64,000 nucleotides of DNA from an uncultured delta proteobacterium (lineage in GTDB: Bacteria > Bdellovibrionota > FAC87 > UBA2466): the NCBI GenBank assembly GCA_963778115.1, contig CAVZSV010000004.1, positions 2,240,001 to 2,304,000 of the forward strand. The letters are read 5' to 3'. The first letter of the stretch is position 1; each line of letters begins with the position of its first letter. Positions 20,901 through 27,673 of the stretch are shown here, one piece after another. Both the position numbers and the translations under genes were made by a program. The notes below the pieces were generated by a model. That model saw only the letters and a program-made list of their open reading frames with translations. It had not been told where the DNA came from and made no database searches.

Positions 20901-21167
20901 CTTACGAATGCGTTATACGCCTGGTTCTTAAAACATCCGACTGAAGAGGTGGCCCTATTGCTTTTTCAAAGCGGGGATGCAGGTAGATTCTTATGCCTTA
21001 GGGCACTCCAAAGCGGTAACAAAGATCTAATGCTCCCTATGATTCGGGGAATGCGAGCAGGACATCCCAAGCCTGAACTCTTCTATAAGTATATAAGGGA
21101 TTCCAATCCAAACGTTCGCGCATCAGCCCTTTACGCAATTCTTAGGTATGTAACTTTAAAAAATTAG
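17976..21167 (+). CDS. Large HEAT/PBS-lyase-repeat lipoprotein
   Basis: GTG at 17976 with GAGAGG RBS gives MKRFHVVVWFSFLAAG-C lipobox; repeats LRRAAIRALA, VRGASLAELA, RSVAAFALG, LDDEDPGVAILALRAL, DSNPNVRASALYAI. Confidence 0.8.
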   Translation: MKRFHVVVWFSFLAAGCSQDARLSDGQIPTPNESKEHHLPDVVRPVPEVLQTESTETGLSAAGQAEYETRENQLAEPSAEGWKESIQRYLVDRTDVAARTARVGVIILGSSESIPPETLVQIIQAKFTPFGNGPQRPFQNLRRAAIRALAHIDRNHPVLTETASNPIENFRVRGASLAELAADPTLKHNDLISHILRDPNEHFVMRMRAAFLLINQKKTPSLDLVLNYIQAESVDEVGRSVAAFALGFCGDSRCDRSLLRTVADRSVPTVVRCFAAYSYHRRPMNETTFELLSKILVDESESIDLREQIALSFLHSRTPLALPILNLMKGRNDRVGAAARGEVFSEWRSKNSEGSNDGVASLSETERAQLRNEMLLTLNNSNNNSDATTAVSVLVKAGLIRPADGPLLLDSKYAGWMASVTDDGLNSTVENPMIDALVVAEQSAKPKLIELLASLRGPRLSLAVDTLLKMGSLPTIAETKLRALIIEPQLPWYQRRAVIQLVEKLEGFPSQDTLRLLRDRLDDEDPGVAILALRALVDFKQLTVEEGANQGFRIAKAALARDPKELDYSDEVLQATQFTTHDQSVELLNSLAKTGSLRGRVKAVRQLNSLGGLREELFHQVRTAFDEYVRDSKGPTAGLTDAIDVLKTDIFPLSRLGAAQIVRRLRDKSWEETESALTGITVSSDNASILSDLILRHPSEALPYLKRLLAYDEHEFHQAPKVLLAICALSKMENPPRIVSVPRLEGLLERGYESNGIYTEALGPVYALLKKYGLDPLASLVRAFRDPMNLYERTEAMSFLGTLGREASSIAVDIRALLEKYQPNVDRNQLEIEWLLAASSAKTLSKVDPKMFAEEFPALERKLLEDDHVDNFLSYFDEKIPYLPLAMIYWDIEDEKAHPQSLSSYGILNLHLREYLKSRNYENQDRLNQSLRDCYLLGYRVPMDLAADYEDYAKWIHSNDFFEIRAYTYFLAERGLTNALYAWFLKHPTEEVALLLFQSGDAGRFLCLRALQSGNKDLMLPMIRGMRAGHPKPELFYKYIRDSNPNVRASALYAILRYVTLKN

Positions 21168-21183
21168 AATAATGCATTTGCTT

Positions 21184-21445
21184 GTTCCCAATCGCTCAAT
21201 AACGAGGGGGTGGACCAAGCGACGGAGCTATGCTAACTAACCTGAGTCATTCGTCTTTCTTCAAAAAGGGCGGTTAGCTCAGTTGGATAGAGCGCAAGCC
21301 TCCGAAGCAATTCCTAGAAAAACTCAGAGATCCTAATTTACGCTCAAACACTTAACGAATCACCGACTTGTGATGACCCGCGTCTTCTGGTTTCTCCCAA
21401 TTGAAACCGACTGCTTTGAGTTGGTATGTTCCCAAAGTGTTCCCA
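21184..21445 (+). repeat. attP-like junction 2 (left arm + 41-bp tRNA core + right arm)
   Basis: GTTCCCA at 21184; core GGGCGG...CTCCGAAGC at 21268-21308; AATCACCGACTTGTGATGACCCGCGTCTTCTGG; GTTCCCA twice at 21428/21439; same spacings as junction 1. Confidence 0.85.
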
Positions 21446-21448
21446 TCC

Positions 21449-21871
21449 TTAGGAAGTGAGACGTTTGTATGTTTCATCGTAGGTATCGCCCCACGGAAGT
21501 AATGGGGTATCTAGTATGGCCCCATGTTTAGTATCCGCATCCCTAAAAAGTTGAGTCCGTTCTCCGGAACTATCGGCCACAGTTTTGCCGCCGGTTAGAC
21601 CGATTTTTGCTCCCTTTCTAACGAGCGGGGTAAGAGTCTCTCCGATAATGAGTGCAATTCCTTCCGTATCCCAAAACTCGAAAACAGAAAGATCTAAAAT
21701 AACTACTTTACCATTCGTACACCGCGCACGAATCTCGCTCTGAAAGGTTTCTAATTTTGTTTTTTGAGGACCGACCGTGCTCCGATCTATGATGCCTTTG
21801 AATAAAGCGGAATCAACCGTCGGTGACTTATTTCCCCATTCATAATCAAAATCCAATTTCAAATTACTCAT
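21449..21871 (-). CDS. STAS-domain anti-anti-sigma-like protein
   Basis: FKGIIDRST (G.LD box) and VILDLSVFEFWDTEGIALII (cf. SpoIIAA LNLEDLSFMDSSGLG), with Thr at the phospho-acceptor position. Confidence 0.65.
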   Translation of the reverse strand: MSNLKLDFDYEWGNKSPTVDSALFKGIIDRSTVGPQKTKLETFQSEIRARCTNGKVVILDLSVFEFWDTEGIALIIGETLTPLVRKGAKIGLTGGKTVADSSGERTQLFRDADTKHGAILDTPLLPWGDTYDETYKRLTS

Positions 21872-22290
21872 GGCAACACCTCACTATTTTCGAACTCGAT
21901 TTCAAATTTAATTCCATCCTGCTGCCCAGTACCAAAAAACGTCGCTGCTGTGGCCTTTAAGACACCTAAACCGTCCTTAATGGTCGCAACATTAGCGGCT
22001 TGATCGTAGGGAACTCCGTCGTGACACATGACGAACTCCAAAATGGTGCCCGATTTCCAGTTAAGTTCAAACCACACGCGCTGAGCTTTCGTTTTCTTGT
22101 CCTTGTCGTATAGATTTCCCAAGTATTCGGAGGCGACTTTTCTCACTTGGCGCCATTTTTCTTTGGCTCGCGGCTTAGACATATCTACGCGTAAGAACTC
22201 GCTGTTAACCTGACCGAGAACATTCGCAAAAAGAGGTGCCTTTTCAACGAGCTCCTCAAAAGGCGAATCCTTACGAATCTCATATTCCAT
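21868..22290 (-). CDS. Divergent RsbW/SpoIIAB-like anti-sigma Ser/Thr kinase (HATPase_c fold)
   Basis: N-box-like VASEYLGNLY, G1-like CHDGVPYD, G2-like DGLG; 140 aa; lies between PP2C and STAS genes. Confidence 0.55.
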   Translation of the reverse strand: MEYEIRKDSPFEELVEKAPLFANVLGQVNSEFLRVDMSKPRAKEKWRQVRKVASEYLGNLYDKDKKTKAQRVWFELNWKSGTILEFVMCHDGVPYDQAANVATIKDGLGVLKATAATFFGTGQQDGIKFEIEFENSEVLP

Positions 22291-22292
22291 TG

Positions 22293-23261
22293 CTATCTCC
22301 CCATTCCATCTTGGCTACGTGAAATTACAAACAGAGTGGCATCGTCGAGAGCGCTTCGCTCCAGATTAGGCTTTCTTGCTTGCGGAGACGAAGCCGAAAG
22401 GACTGCTCGAATCATAACTGTTGCTTTCCCCGCATGAAAATCTGCCGCTTCTGTAAATAAACGTGCGGCTCCGGAAGAGTCCAATCCTTTTTTTTCTTTG
22501 AGCCACCCTAAGAAACCGTCTGTAAAGAGAAACACTGAATCGCCAGGGCCCAAATCTAAACGAGACACGAACTTAGAAGAAATCTCGGATTGTAAGAACC
22601 GATCGGCGGAATTAATTTCCAGAGGCTCCAGCCGCTTGGTACGTTTGCGAAATACAAGAGGATTTGGGAGACCAAACGCGGCTATTTCGAAAGAAGCCGT
22701 TCTTGAAGACAGGCAAGCGACTGCCAGGCTAGGAGGAGCAAGCCTGCGAATTCGAACCGCATTGAGTGCGGTGGCTAGGGGCCCAAGGAATCTAAGAGGT
22801 GTGTTTGAATATCGTGTGAGACCGCTTGCAATAGCGTGAAAACCAAATCTTATTTGTGCCGACTGCCAACTGGCCCGAACTCCTGCCCCAACTACGTCAG
22901 TCAACAAGAAGGCATAGGTTGTGCTGTCAATTTTAGAAAAATCGAATACGTCCCCACTTTCTCTTTCGCTTGATAGTCCCGTCCATGCCCACGCAATCGC
23001 GCCCGCGTGGCTTGAACTGATTCGTGGTTCGTTCTGCTCATTTCGTTTCGACCTTAATGCGACCGATTCCGATATTCTTACGGGACTAAATTTTTCACGT
23101 AAGTATCTCTCTGCGCGTTCGATGAATTCCGGGCCTTTTTTTTCGCCGGACTCGATTACCGAGACGTATGCTTGTGAAACATCAAGGGCAATTGCAAGCG
23201 CACGCTGGGTCACGCCAACGGCTTCTCGCAGTTCCTTTAATTTTTCTGGGCTTAGGGCCAC
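22293..23261 (-). CDS. XRE helix-turn-helix fused to SpoIIE/RsbU-type PP2C phosphatase
   Basis: LKELREAVGVTQRALAIALDVSQAYVSVIESG (XRE HTH); ESGDVFDF, LTDVVGAG, FLFTDGF, DDATLFVI (PP2C metal-binding Asp motifs); GGAGGT RBS. Confidence 0.85.
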   Translation of the reverse strand: MALSPEKLKELREAVGVTQRALAIALDVSQAYVSVIESGEKKGPEFIERAERYLREKFSPVRISESVALRSKRNEQNEPRISSSHAGAIAWAWTGLSSERESGDVFDFSKIDSTTYAFLLTDVVGAGVRASWQSAQIRFGFHAIASGLTRYSNTPLRFLGPLATALNAVRIRRLAPPSLAVACLSSRTASFEIAAFGLPNPLVFRKRTKRLEPLEINSADRFLQSEISSKFVSRLDLGPGDSVFLFTDGFLGWLKEKKGLDSSGAARLFTEAADFHAGKATVMIRAVLSASSPQARKPNLERSALDDATLFVISRSQDGMGR

Positions 23262-23284
23262 TTTGTTTACCTCCGACGCTAGTG

Positions 23285-23312
23285 ATAATAACCACTAATT
23301 TCTAAAAATCAA
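23285..23312 (-). promoter_or_regulatory. Sigma-70-like promoter of the HTH-PP2C operon
   Basis: TTGATT-16 nt-TATTAT on the minus strand in an AT-rich intergenic region. Confidence 0.4.
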
Positions 23313-23572
23313 GCCGGTTGATTACAGGGCTGAGTAACAAATTCTTTTAATATCATATAGTTAATATTTAGTTATCATTTTACGCTAAAAATACCCTTAA
23401 TAACCAAAACTATTTATCGGAATTATTACCAATAAGCGTGATAAAATTCGCATCCATTCGGAAAGCTGTACCTATATTACGGTATTACCCAGACGGATTG
23501 CCCAGAAGCTCTTGACGGCCATTCGGGAGCTGGCAGTCACAGGGCTCCGCTGTGTGTAATCAAAGTCTTTAC

Positions 23573-24262
23573 TCATTGGCGTATTTCATTGCATTTATCG
23601 ACTAAAGCTCCGACGGTCAGAGCCCATTCCGACACATATCTATGAGTTTGGCCCCAGTCTCCTAATTTTAGCTGTTCGACTATTTCAGAAAATTTAACTC
23701 TGCCGTCCGTTAGCTTCGCTTCTGAAAAACCAATTGCACAAAGAGACTCGATATTTCTCTCGGCGTCTTTTCTTAATTTTCCGGCCGCATGTGCATCGGC
23801 CCATTCGGAAGAGTGCCGAACATAGTTTCCGCCTGCGATGATAGCTTTCGCCCAAGTGGTTTTCCGAAATGTCGGCTTACAACTCCAAATTACTTCCTGA
23901 CTCAGGTCAGAAATAGCCATAGCGGCGTTAGCTACAATACGGAGAATATTGGATGCGCCTATGAGTACTGCCGTAGCAAGCCCATCGACAGCGGCTTGAT
24001 GGGCAACAGATTGATACATCAGATCCATAGCCTTTGACGTACCGCACGGATACTCAAAACGCTTTAGTCCAGGGAATGCATCGTCACTAACCCATCTGCC
24101 ACGAGACTTCATCACTGTTTCCTTCCTATTTGCGAGATTAAGGAGTCTCATTTCTTTTGAAAGCAATTGATAGATCGGTGCGATCGCAGAGAGAAGTGGA
24201 TTATCTGGGGTTTGATCATCAAGCATGTGACATAAATATTGGAAGGATTCCTGCTCGGTCAT
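23573..24262 (-). CDS. Hypothetical island protein
   Basis: 229-aa ORF; AGGNYVRHSSEW segment; no family recognised. Confidence 0.65.
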   Translation of the reverse strand: MTEQESFQYLCHMLDDQTPDNPLLSAIAPIYQLLSKEMRLLNLANRKETVMKSRGRWVSDDAFPGLKRFEYPCGTSKAMDLMYQSVAHQAAVDGLATAVLIGASNILRIVANAAMAISDLSQEVIWSCKPTFRKTTWAKAIIAGGNYVRHSSEWADAHAAGKLRKDAERNIESLCAIGFSEAKLTDGRVKFSEIVEQLKLGDWGQTHRYVSEWALTVGALVDKCNEIRQ

Positions 24263-24337
24263 AGAATTCCATGGCTATAGCGTGAGTTCGATGTACCAGA
24301 GGAGAAACTATTTCTAAAGTAGATTAAGATATGTCTT

Positions 24338-24664
24338 ATGGGTCGACCTACAGGGATCGCAAAAACCGGGGGCAGAAAAAAAGGGACACCCAATCGCGCA
24401 TCAGTAGCCCTCAGTGAAACGATTTCGGACTGTTTGGGAAAAACTATTCCCGAGGCCATCCTGGAAAGGTTAAATCGAATAACACCAAGCGAGCAGGTTC
24501 GAACTCTCATGGGGTTAATGGAATACGTATACCCAAAACGGCGTGCAACTGACCATCAAGAGCTACCTCGCCAAGAGGAAAAGGCGAATATCCATTTAGT
24601 TCCCGACAGAGACCTAATTGAGCGCTTCCAGCAGCTCACCGATAAGATGGAGGGCCGTCAATAG
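24338..24664 (+). CDS. Phage-type small protein, terminase small subunit-like
   Basis: KTGGRKKGTPN N-terminus and LMEYVYPK, typical of small phage proteins preceding large terminases. Confidence 0.55.
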   Translation: MGRPTGIAKTGGRKKGTPNRASVALSETISDCLGKTIPEAILERLNRITPSEQVRTLMGLMEYVYPKRRATDHQELPRQEEKANIHLVPDRDLIERFQQLTDKMEGRQ

Positions 24665-24729
24665 CCCCAAATAGGGCGGCACCTTTTTGAGATTATTTCC
24701 AACCCGCTGGACACTTCTCAGGTTCAAAT

Positions 24730-25524
24730 TTGTGCTTCGTCACCCTCCGGATGGAGGAAAAAAGGCTCTCAAAACAGACTCAGAGGCACGCTTACAATCT
24801 CCTGCGAAAAATGTTCCGTGACGCGGCAGAAGATCATCTCCTCTTGAACTACTCACCTGTGTTGCGCAAAGCGCGTCCCAAGGTACCCATCAAAGAAAGC
24901 CGCTACCTTTCGATCTCTCAGGCAAGAGAACTACTTCAAGACGTGACCGGGATGTACGGCATTGCAATCTGGCTTCAATTTTTCCTAGGTCTTCGAGCTG
25001 GGGAAGTTCAAGCACTCCGATGGGAGGATGTGGATCTGACAACGGGTGTTCTGCATGTACGTCGAACCTACGCCCGACTGGAGAAGGTCTTCCGCGATCA
25101 TCCCAAGGGCAGAAAACAGTTCGCGCATAAGATTCCTTTGGAACTCCTAGTTCGATTGAAAGATCTCCGAGAAAGTTCGCAGGGAGAGCTAGTAGTAGTT
25201 CCCGAAGGATATCAAATGCTCGAATACTCGAAGTACAGGAAAGTCCTAGTCCACCATTGCAAGGCTCTGGGAATCCCGGCCATTGCAACCCACGGTCTCC
25301 GACATTCGACCTCTGAGCTGTACATGCAGCACGGAGCTACTAGTGAGGACGTAATGGCACTCCTGGGACAGAAGGAGGTAAAAACGACTCAGAGATACAT
25401 TCATAATCGCGGTTCTCGGCTAGAGGGCTTGGCAGAGATCGTTCGGCTTTTCCCCGAAGGTTCCCAAAATGTTCCCAAATCCCTTTCTAATGAAGGGGTA
25501 GACCCAAGGCAGGAGTCATGCTAA
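24730..25524 (+). CDS. Tyrosine integrase, N-terminally truncated (possible pseudogene)
   Basis: GLRAGEVQALRWEDVDL (R), HPKG (K), HGLRHS (HxxR), LLGQKEVKTTQRY (Y; Q replaces the usual H); in-frame TGA at 24688 removes the arm-binding domain and most of the core-binding domain. Confidence 0.85.
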   Translation: MCFVTLRMEEKRLSKQTQRHAYNLLRKMFRDAAEDHLLLNYSPVLRKARPKVPIKESRYLSISQARELLQDVTGMYGIAIWLQFFLGLRAGEVQALRWEDVDLTTGVLHVRRTYARLEKVFRDHPKGRKQFAHKIPLELLVRLKDLRESSQGELVVVPEGYQMLEYSKYRKVLVHHCKALGIPAIATHGLRHSTSELYMQHGATSEDVMALLGQKEVKTTQRYIHNRGSRLEGLAEIVRLFPEGSQNVPKSLSNEGVDPRQESC

Positions 25525-25705
25525 CTATCCAACGTTATTCGCCTTTCGAATAAAAGGGCGGTTAGCTCAGTTGGCCCCAGGGAGCGACAGCGACCGGAGA
25601 TGATGGCCGCAATTGCGCATCTGGCGAGCGGCAGCAACGATATCGAAGGCGAAGTATTTTAAACGGGCGGTTAGCTCAGTTGGATAGAGCGCAAGCCTCC
25701 GAAGC
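25460..25705 (+). repeat. Terminal att site (left arm + 109-bp insert + core within the intact tRNA)
   Basis: GTTCCCA twice at 25460/25471 inside the integrase 3' end; 19-bp tRNA copy at 25556-25574; core at 25665-25705. Confidence 0.85.
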
Positions 25706-25738
25706 TTGAGGTCGCAGGTTCGATCCCTGCACCGCCCA
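25665..25738 (+). tRNA. tRNA-Arg(CCG), CCA not encoded
   Basis: GGGCGGTTAGCTCAGTTGGATAGAGCGCAAGCCTCCGAAGCTTGAGGTCGCAGGTTCGATCCCTGCACCGCCCA; anticodon arm CAAGC-CTCCGAA-GCTTG. Confidence 0.97.
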
Positions 25739-25859
25739 AGATTTCGCCTGCCGGCAAAATCTAGAAAATCGAGATGAGTAAATCGAAAATCGGGGAAAAA
25801 TTTGGGACGGATTAACAGGGGCGAAATCTTGCCTCTATTTTCCATTTTCGATTCTCGAT

Positions 25860-26813
25860 CTACGCCCCGATCTCATACTCGACCGGTATTCCCAGGCTTT
25901 CCCAGTAGGCCTCTCTCGAGCGAAGGATATTAAGGCTTTCGTTCGTTTGTTCGAGCTGAATGGCTTTTGCGGGGACTCGGACGCCGAGCTTTCTAAGTCG
26001 GATAATCGCTTGCTTGAATAGGGCAGGAGGTATTTTGTAATGGCCGCTCTTATTGTTGATAAGAATGAGTTTCCCGTTTCGAACCTCTATCTCGCCGGCA
26101 AATGCAATGGGAGCTCCCATCGAGAGGCTTGAGTGTCTGAGATCTTCATCGTCCCCATCCAGAGGAAGGGCGTAGAAATTGCCGTTGGCATCCATGATAA
26201 TGTTCGCACGGTGGTTCTTCTTAATTAACCTAACCACCTGATGGATAAGTCCCCAACGATAGCGCGTGTCGGAATTCGAAGTATCAAACAGGGTTTCTTC
26301 ATCGGCCAGGTAAAGCAGACCGTTTTTTATCATTAGACGAAATCTTTCCACGGAATGGATTCCCAGATATTCGATAGGGGAGCTTCTGCGCCTTCTATCA
26401 TCTTCCGCGACCCGCTCTAGCTCCATGGGAAGTAAGTAATTACCGTTAAGGAGCAAGGCAATGCGGTTCCATTTGCGGACATAATTCTCTTGGGCACGAT
26501 GGAATTGGCGAATCTCGTCCCGGAAATCGTGGTTTCCCGCAATCGCCTGGCGCATGATCTCTTCGGCTATCTTGATTGATTGCAATTCCTCCTGAAGCTC
26601 GCTGGAGAAAGCCTCCGGGCTTGCGGCAAGATCCCGAATGACTACCGAGCATACGCTGTAGGAGCTTACCCTTTCGAGGGTTGATACTCGCTCATAGGCC
26701 GAAGAAGCCTGTGAGAGAAATAAAGCCATCACCAAAAACAGAGCGATCCTCTGTCTAAGGTATTGTTTGGACTCAAATTTAAAGCGCGAAAGGTCCATAG
26801 TCTGTTTAGTCAT
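25860..26813 (-). CDS. Secreted protein with C-terminal HSS...AG...SGHY domain (IQM-like/toxin-like)
   Basis: Signal-like RIALFLVMALFLSQASSA; LRHSSLSMGAPIAFAGEIEVRNGKLILINNKSGHYK. Confidence 0.65.
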   Translation of the reverse strand: MTKQTMDLSRFKFESKQYLRQRIALFLVMALFLSQASSAYERVSTLERVSSYSVCSVVIRDLAASPEAFSSELQEELQSIKIAEEIMRQAIAGNHDFRDEIRQFHRAQENYVRKWNRIALLLNGNYLLPMELERVAEDDRRRRSSPIEYLGIHSVERFRLMIKNGLLYLADEETLFDTSNSDTRYRWGLIHQVVRLIKKNHRANIIMDANGNFYALPLDGDDEDLRHSSLSMGAPIAFAGEIEVRNGKLILINNKSGHYKIPPALFKQAIIRLRKLGVRVPAKAIQLEQTNESLNILRSREAYWESLGIPVEYEIGA

Positions 26814-26892
26814 TTCCGAATTCGTCGGTATCGGAATTTAAAGAAAGTCGGCCCCAACCTCTGTTAATCTTCCCGGGGCAGCTTTACTCTTA

Positions 26893-27666
26893 GTGATGAG
26901 GATCAATATGACGCAATTAGTCGAAGGTGGCCAACACTTTTTTGTATGGTTTCTAGTTTCACACCTAACTTTTGCGGCTTACGCAGACGTTATTTCTGGC
27001 CCTGATTATGGGCGGGTGGTGGATAACGGCCCTCAAATCGTGAGTGCGGGACTTATTTCCAAGGATGGTTATAGCAAGTTGTGTGGGCCGGTCTCCTTCG
27101 AGAATGTACTTATCAAGTTCCGAAAAGAATTGGGAATTTCGCCCTCTGACCCGCTAACCGACATCCAGAATCTTATCTCCCTCTATCCCGCCGTCGTTGA
27201 ACATGGGATTTTACGAAGTGATTTTAAAGCGCTCATCGAAAAGTACTCGTACTTAGCTTTGTCCCGCGCTGTCGGAGTAGAAATTCACGTGATTGGAGCC
27301 GTTAATTTCGATTTGGAGCAACTAAAAAACATGGTCGATGGCCATCAAGCCGTCATTTTGCAAATCTGGTGGTGGCGGGACGAGGCCTTCGTGTCTACCA
27401 ATCCCTGGAGTGTGTCTCCGGAAAACGGACACTGGGTGACGGTGATCGGGTACGATTCGAAAGCGTCTGGAAGATTTCTCATCCAAGATCCGATGCATGC
27501 GACGCCACTTTTTATCAATCTAAGTGCCGGTTATCCCGCCCAGACAAATGATGGGAAGAGAATCTATTCGAATGAGATCGTTCGTTACGAGAGTTTTCCA
27601 CCCTACTTGAATCCAAAAGGGCATACAGCACTCGTGGGAGATTATCTGTCTCTTCAACTTGAATAA
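26893..27666 (+). CDS. Papain-fold (C39-like) cysteine peptidase, probably secreted
   Basis: LCGPVS (Cys), GHWVTVIGYD (His), FLIQDP (Asp); start uncertain. Confidence 0.7.
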   Translation: MMRINMTQLVEGGQHFFVWFLVSHLTFAAYADVISGPDYGRVVDNGPQIVSAGLISKDGYSKLCGPVSFENVLIKFRKELGISPSDPLTDIQNLISLYPAVVEHGILRSDFKALIEKYSYLALSRAVGVEIHVIGAVNFDLEQLKNMVDGHQAVILQIWWWRDEAFVSTNPWSVSPENGHWVTVIGYDSKASGRFLIQDPMHATPLFINLSAGYPAQTNDGKRIYSNEIVRYESFPPYLNPKGHTALVGDYLSLQLE

Positions 27667-27673
27667 TTGGCAC

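Larger units (their letters stand above)
16438..25705. mobile_element. Tandem integrative island/cassette array at the 5' side of tRNA-Arg(CCG)
   Basis: tRNA 5' copies at 16438, 17532, 17641, 21268, 25556 and the intact gene at 25665; conserved flanking arms; tyrosine integrase next to the tRNA; accessory cargo. Confidence 0.85.

Noticed and set aside
24730..25524. Classical integron (IntI + attC)
   Set aside because: No attC-type RYYYAAC...GTTRRRY hairpins at module ends and no recognisable IntI insertion; boundaries are tRNA cores with arm repeats.
16438..25705. Repeated GGGCGGTTAGCTCAGTTGG as a CRISPR array or extra tRNA genes
   Set aside because: Spacing is irregular (109 bp to over 4 kb), there are no cas genes, and the copies stop at or before the anticodon arm so they cannot fold as tRNAs.
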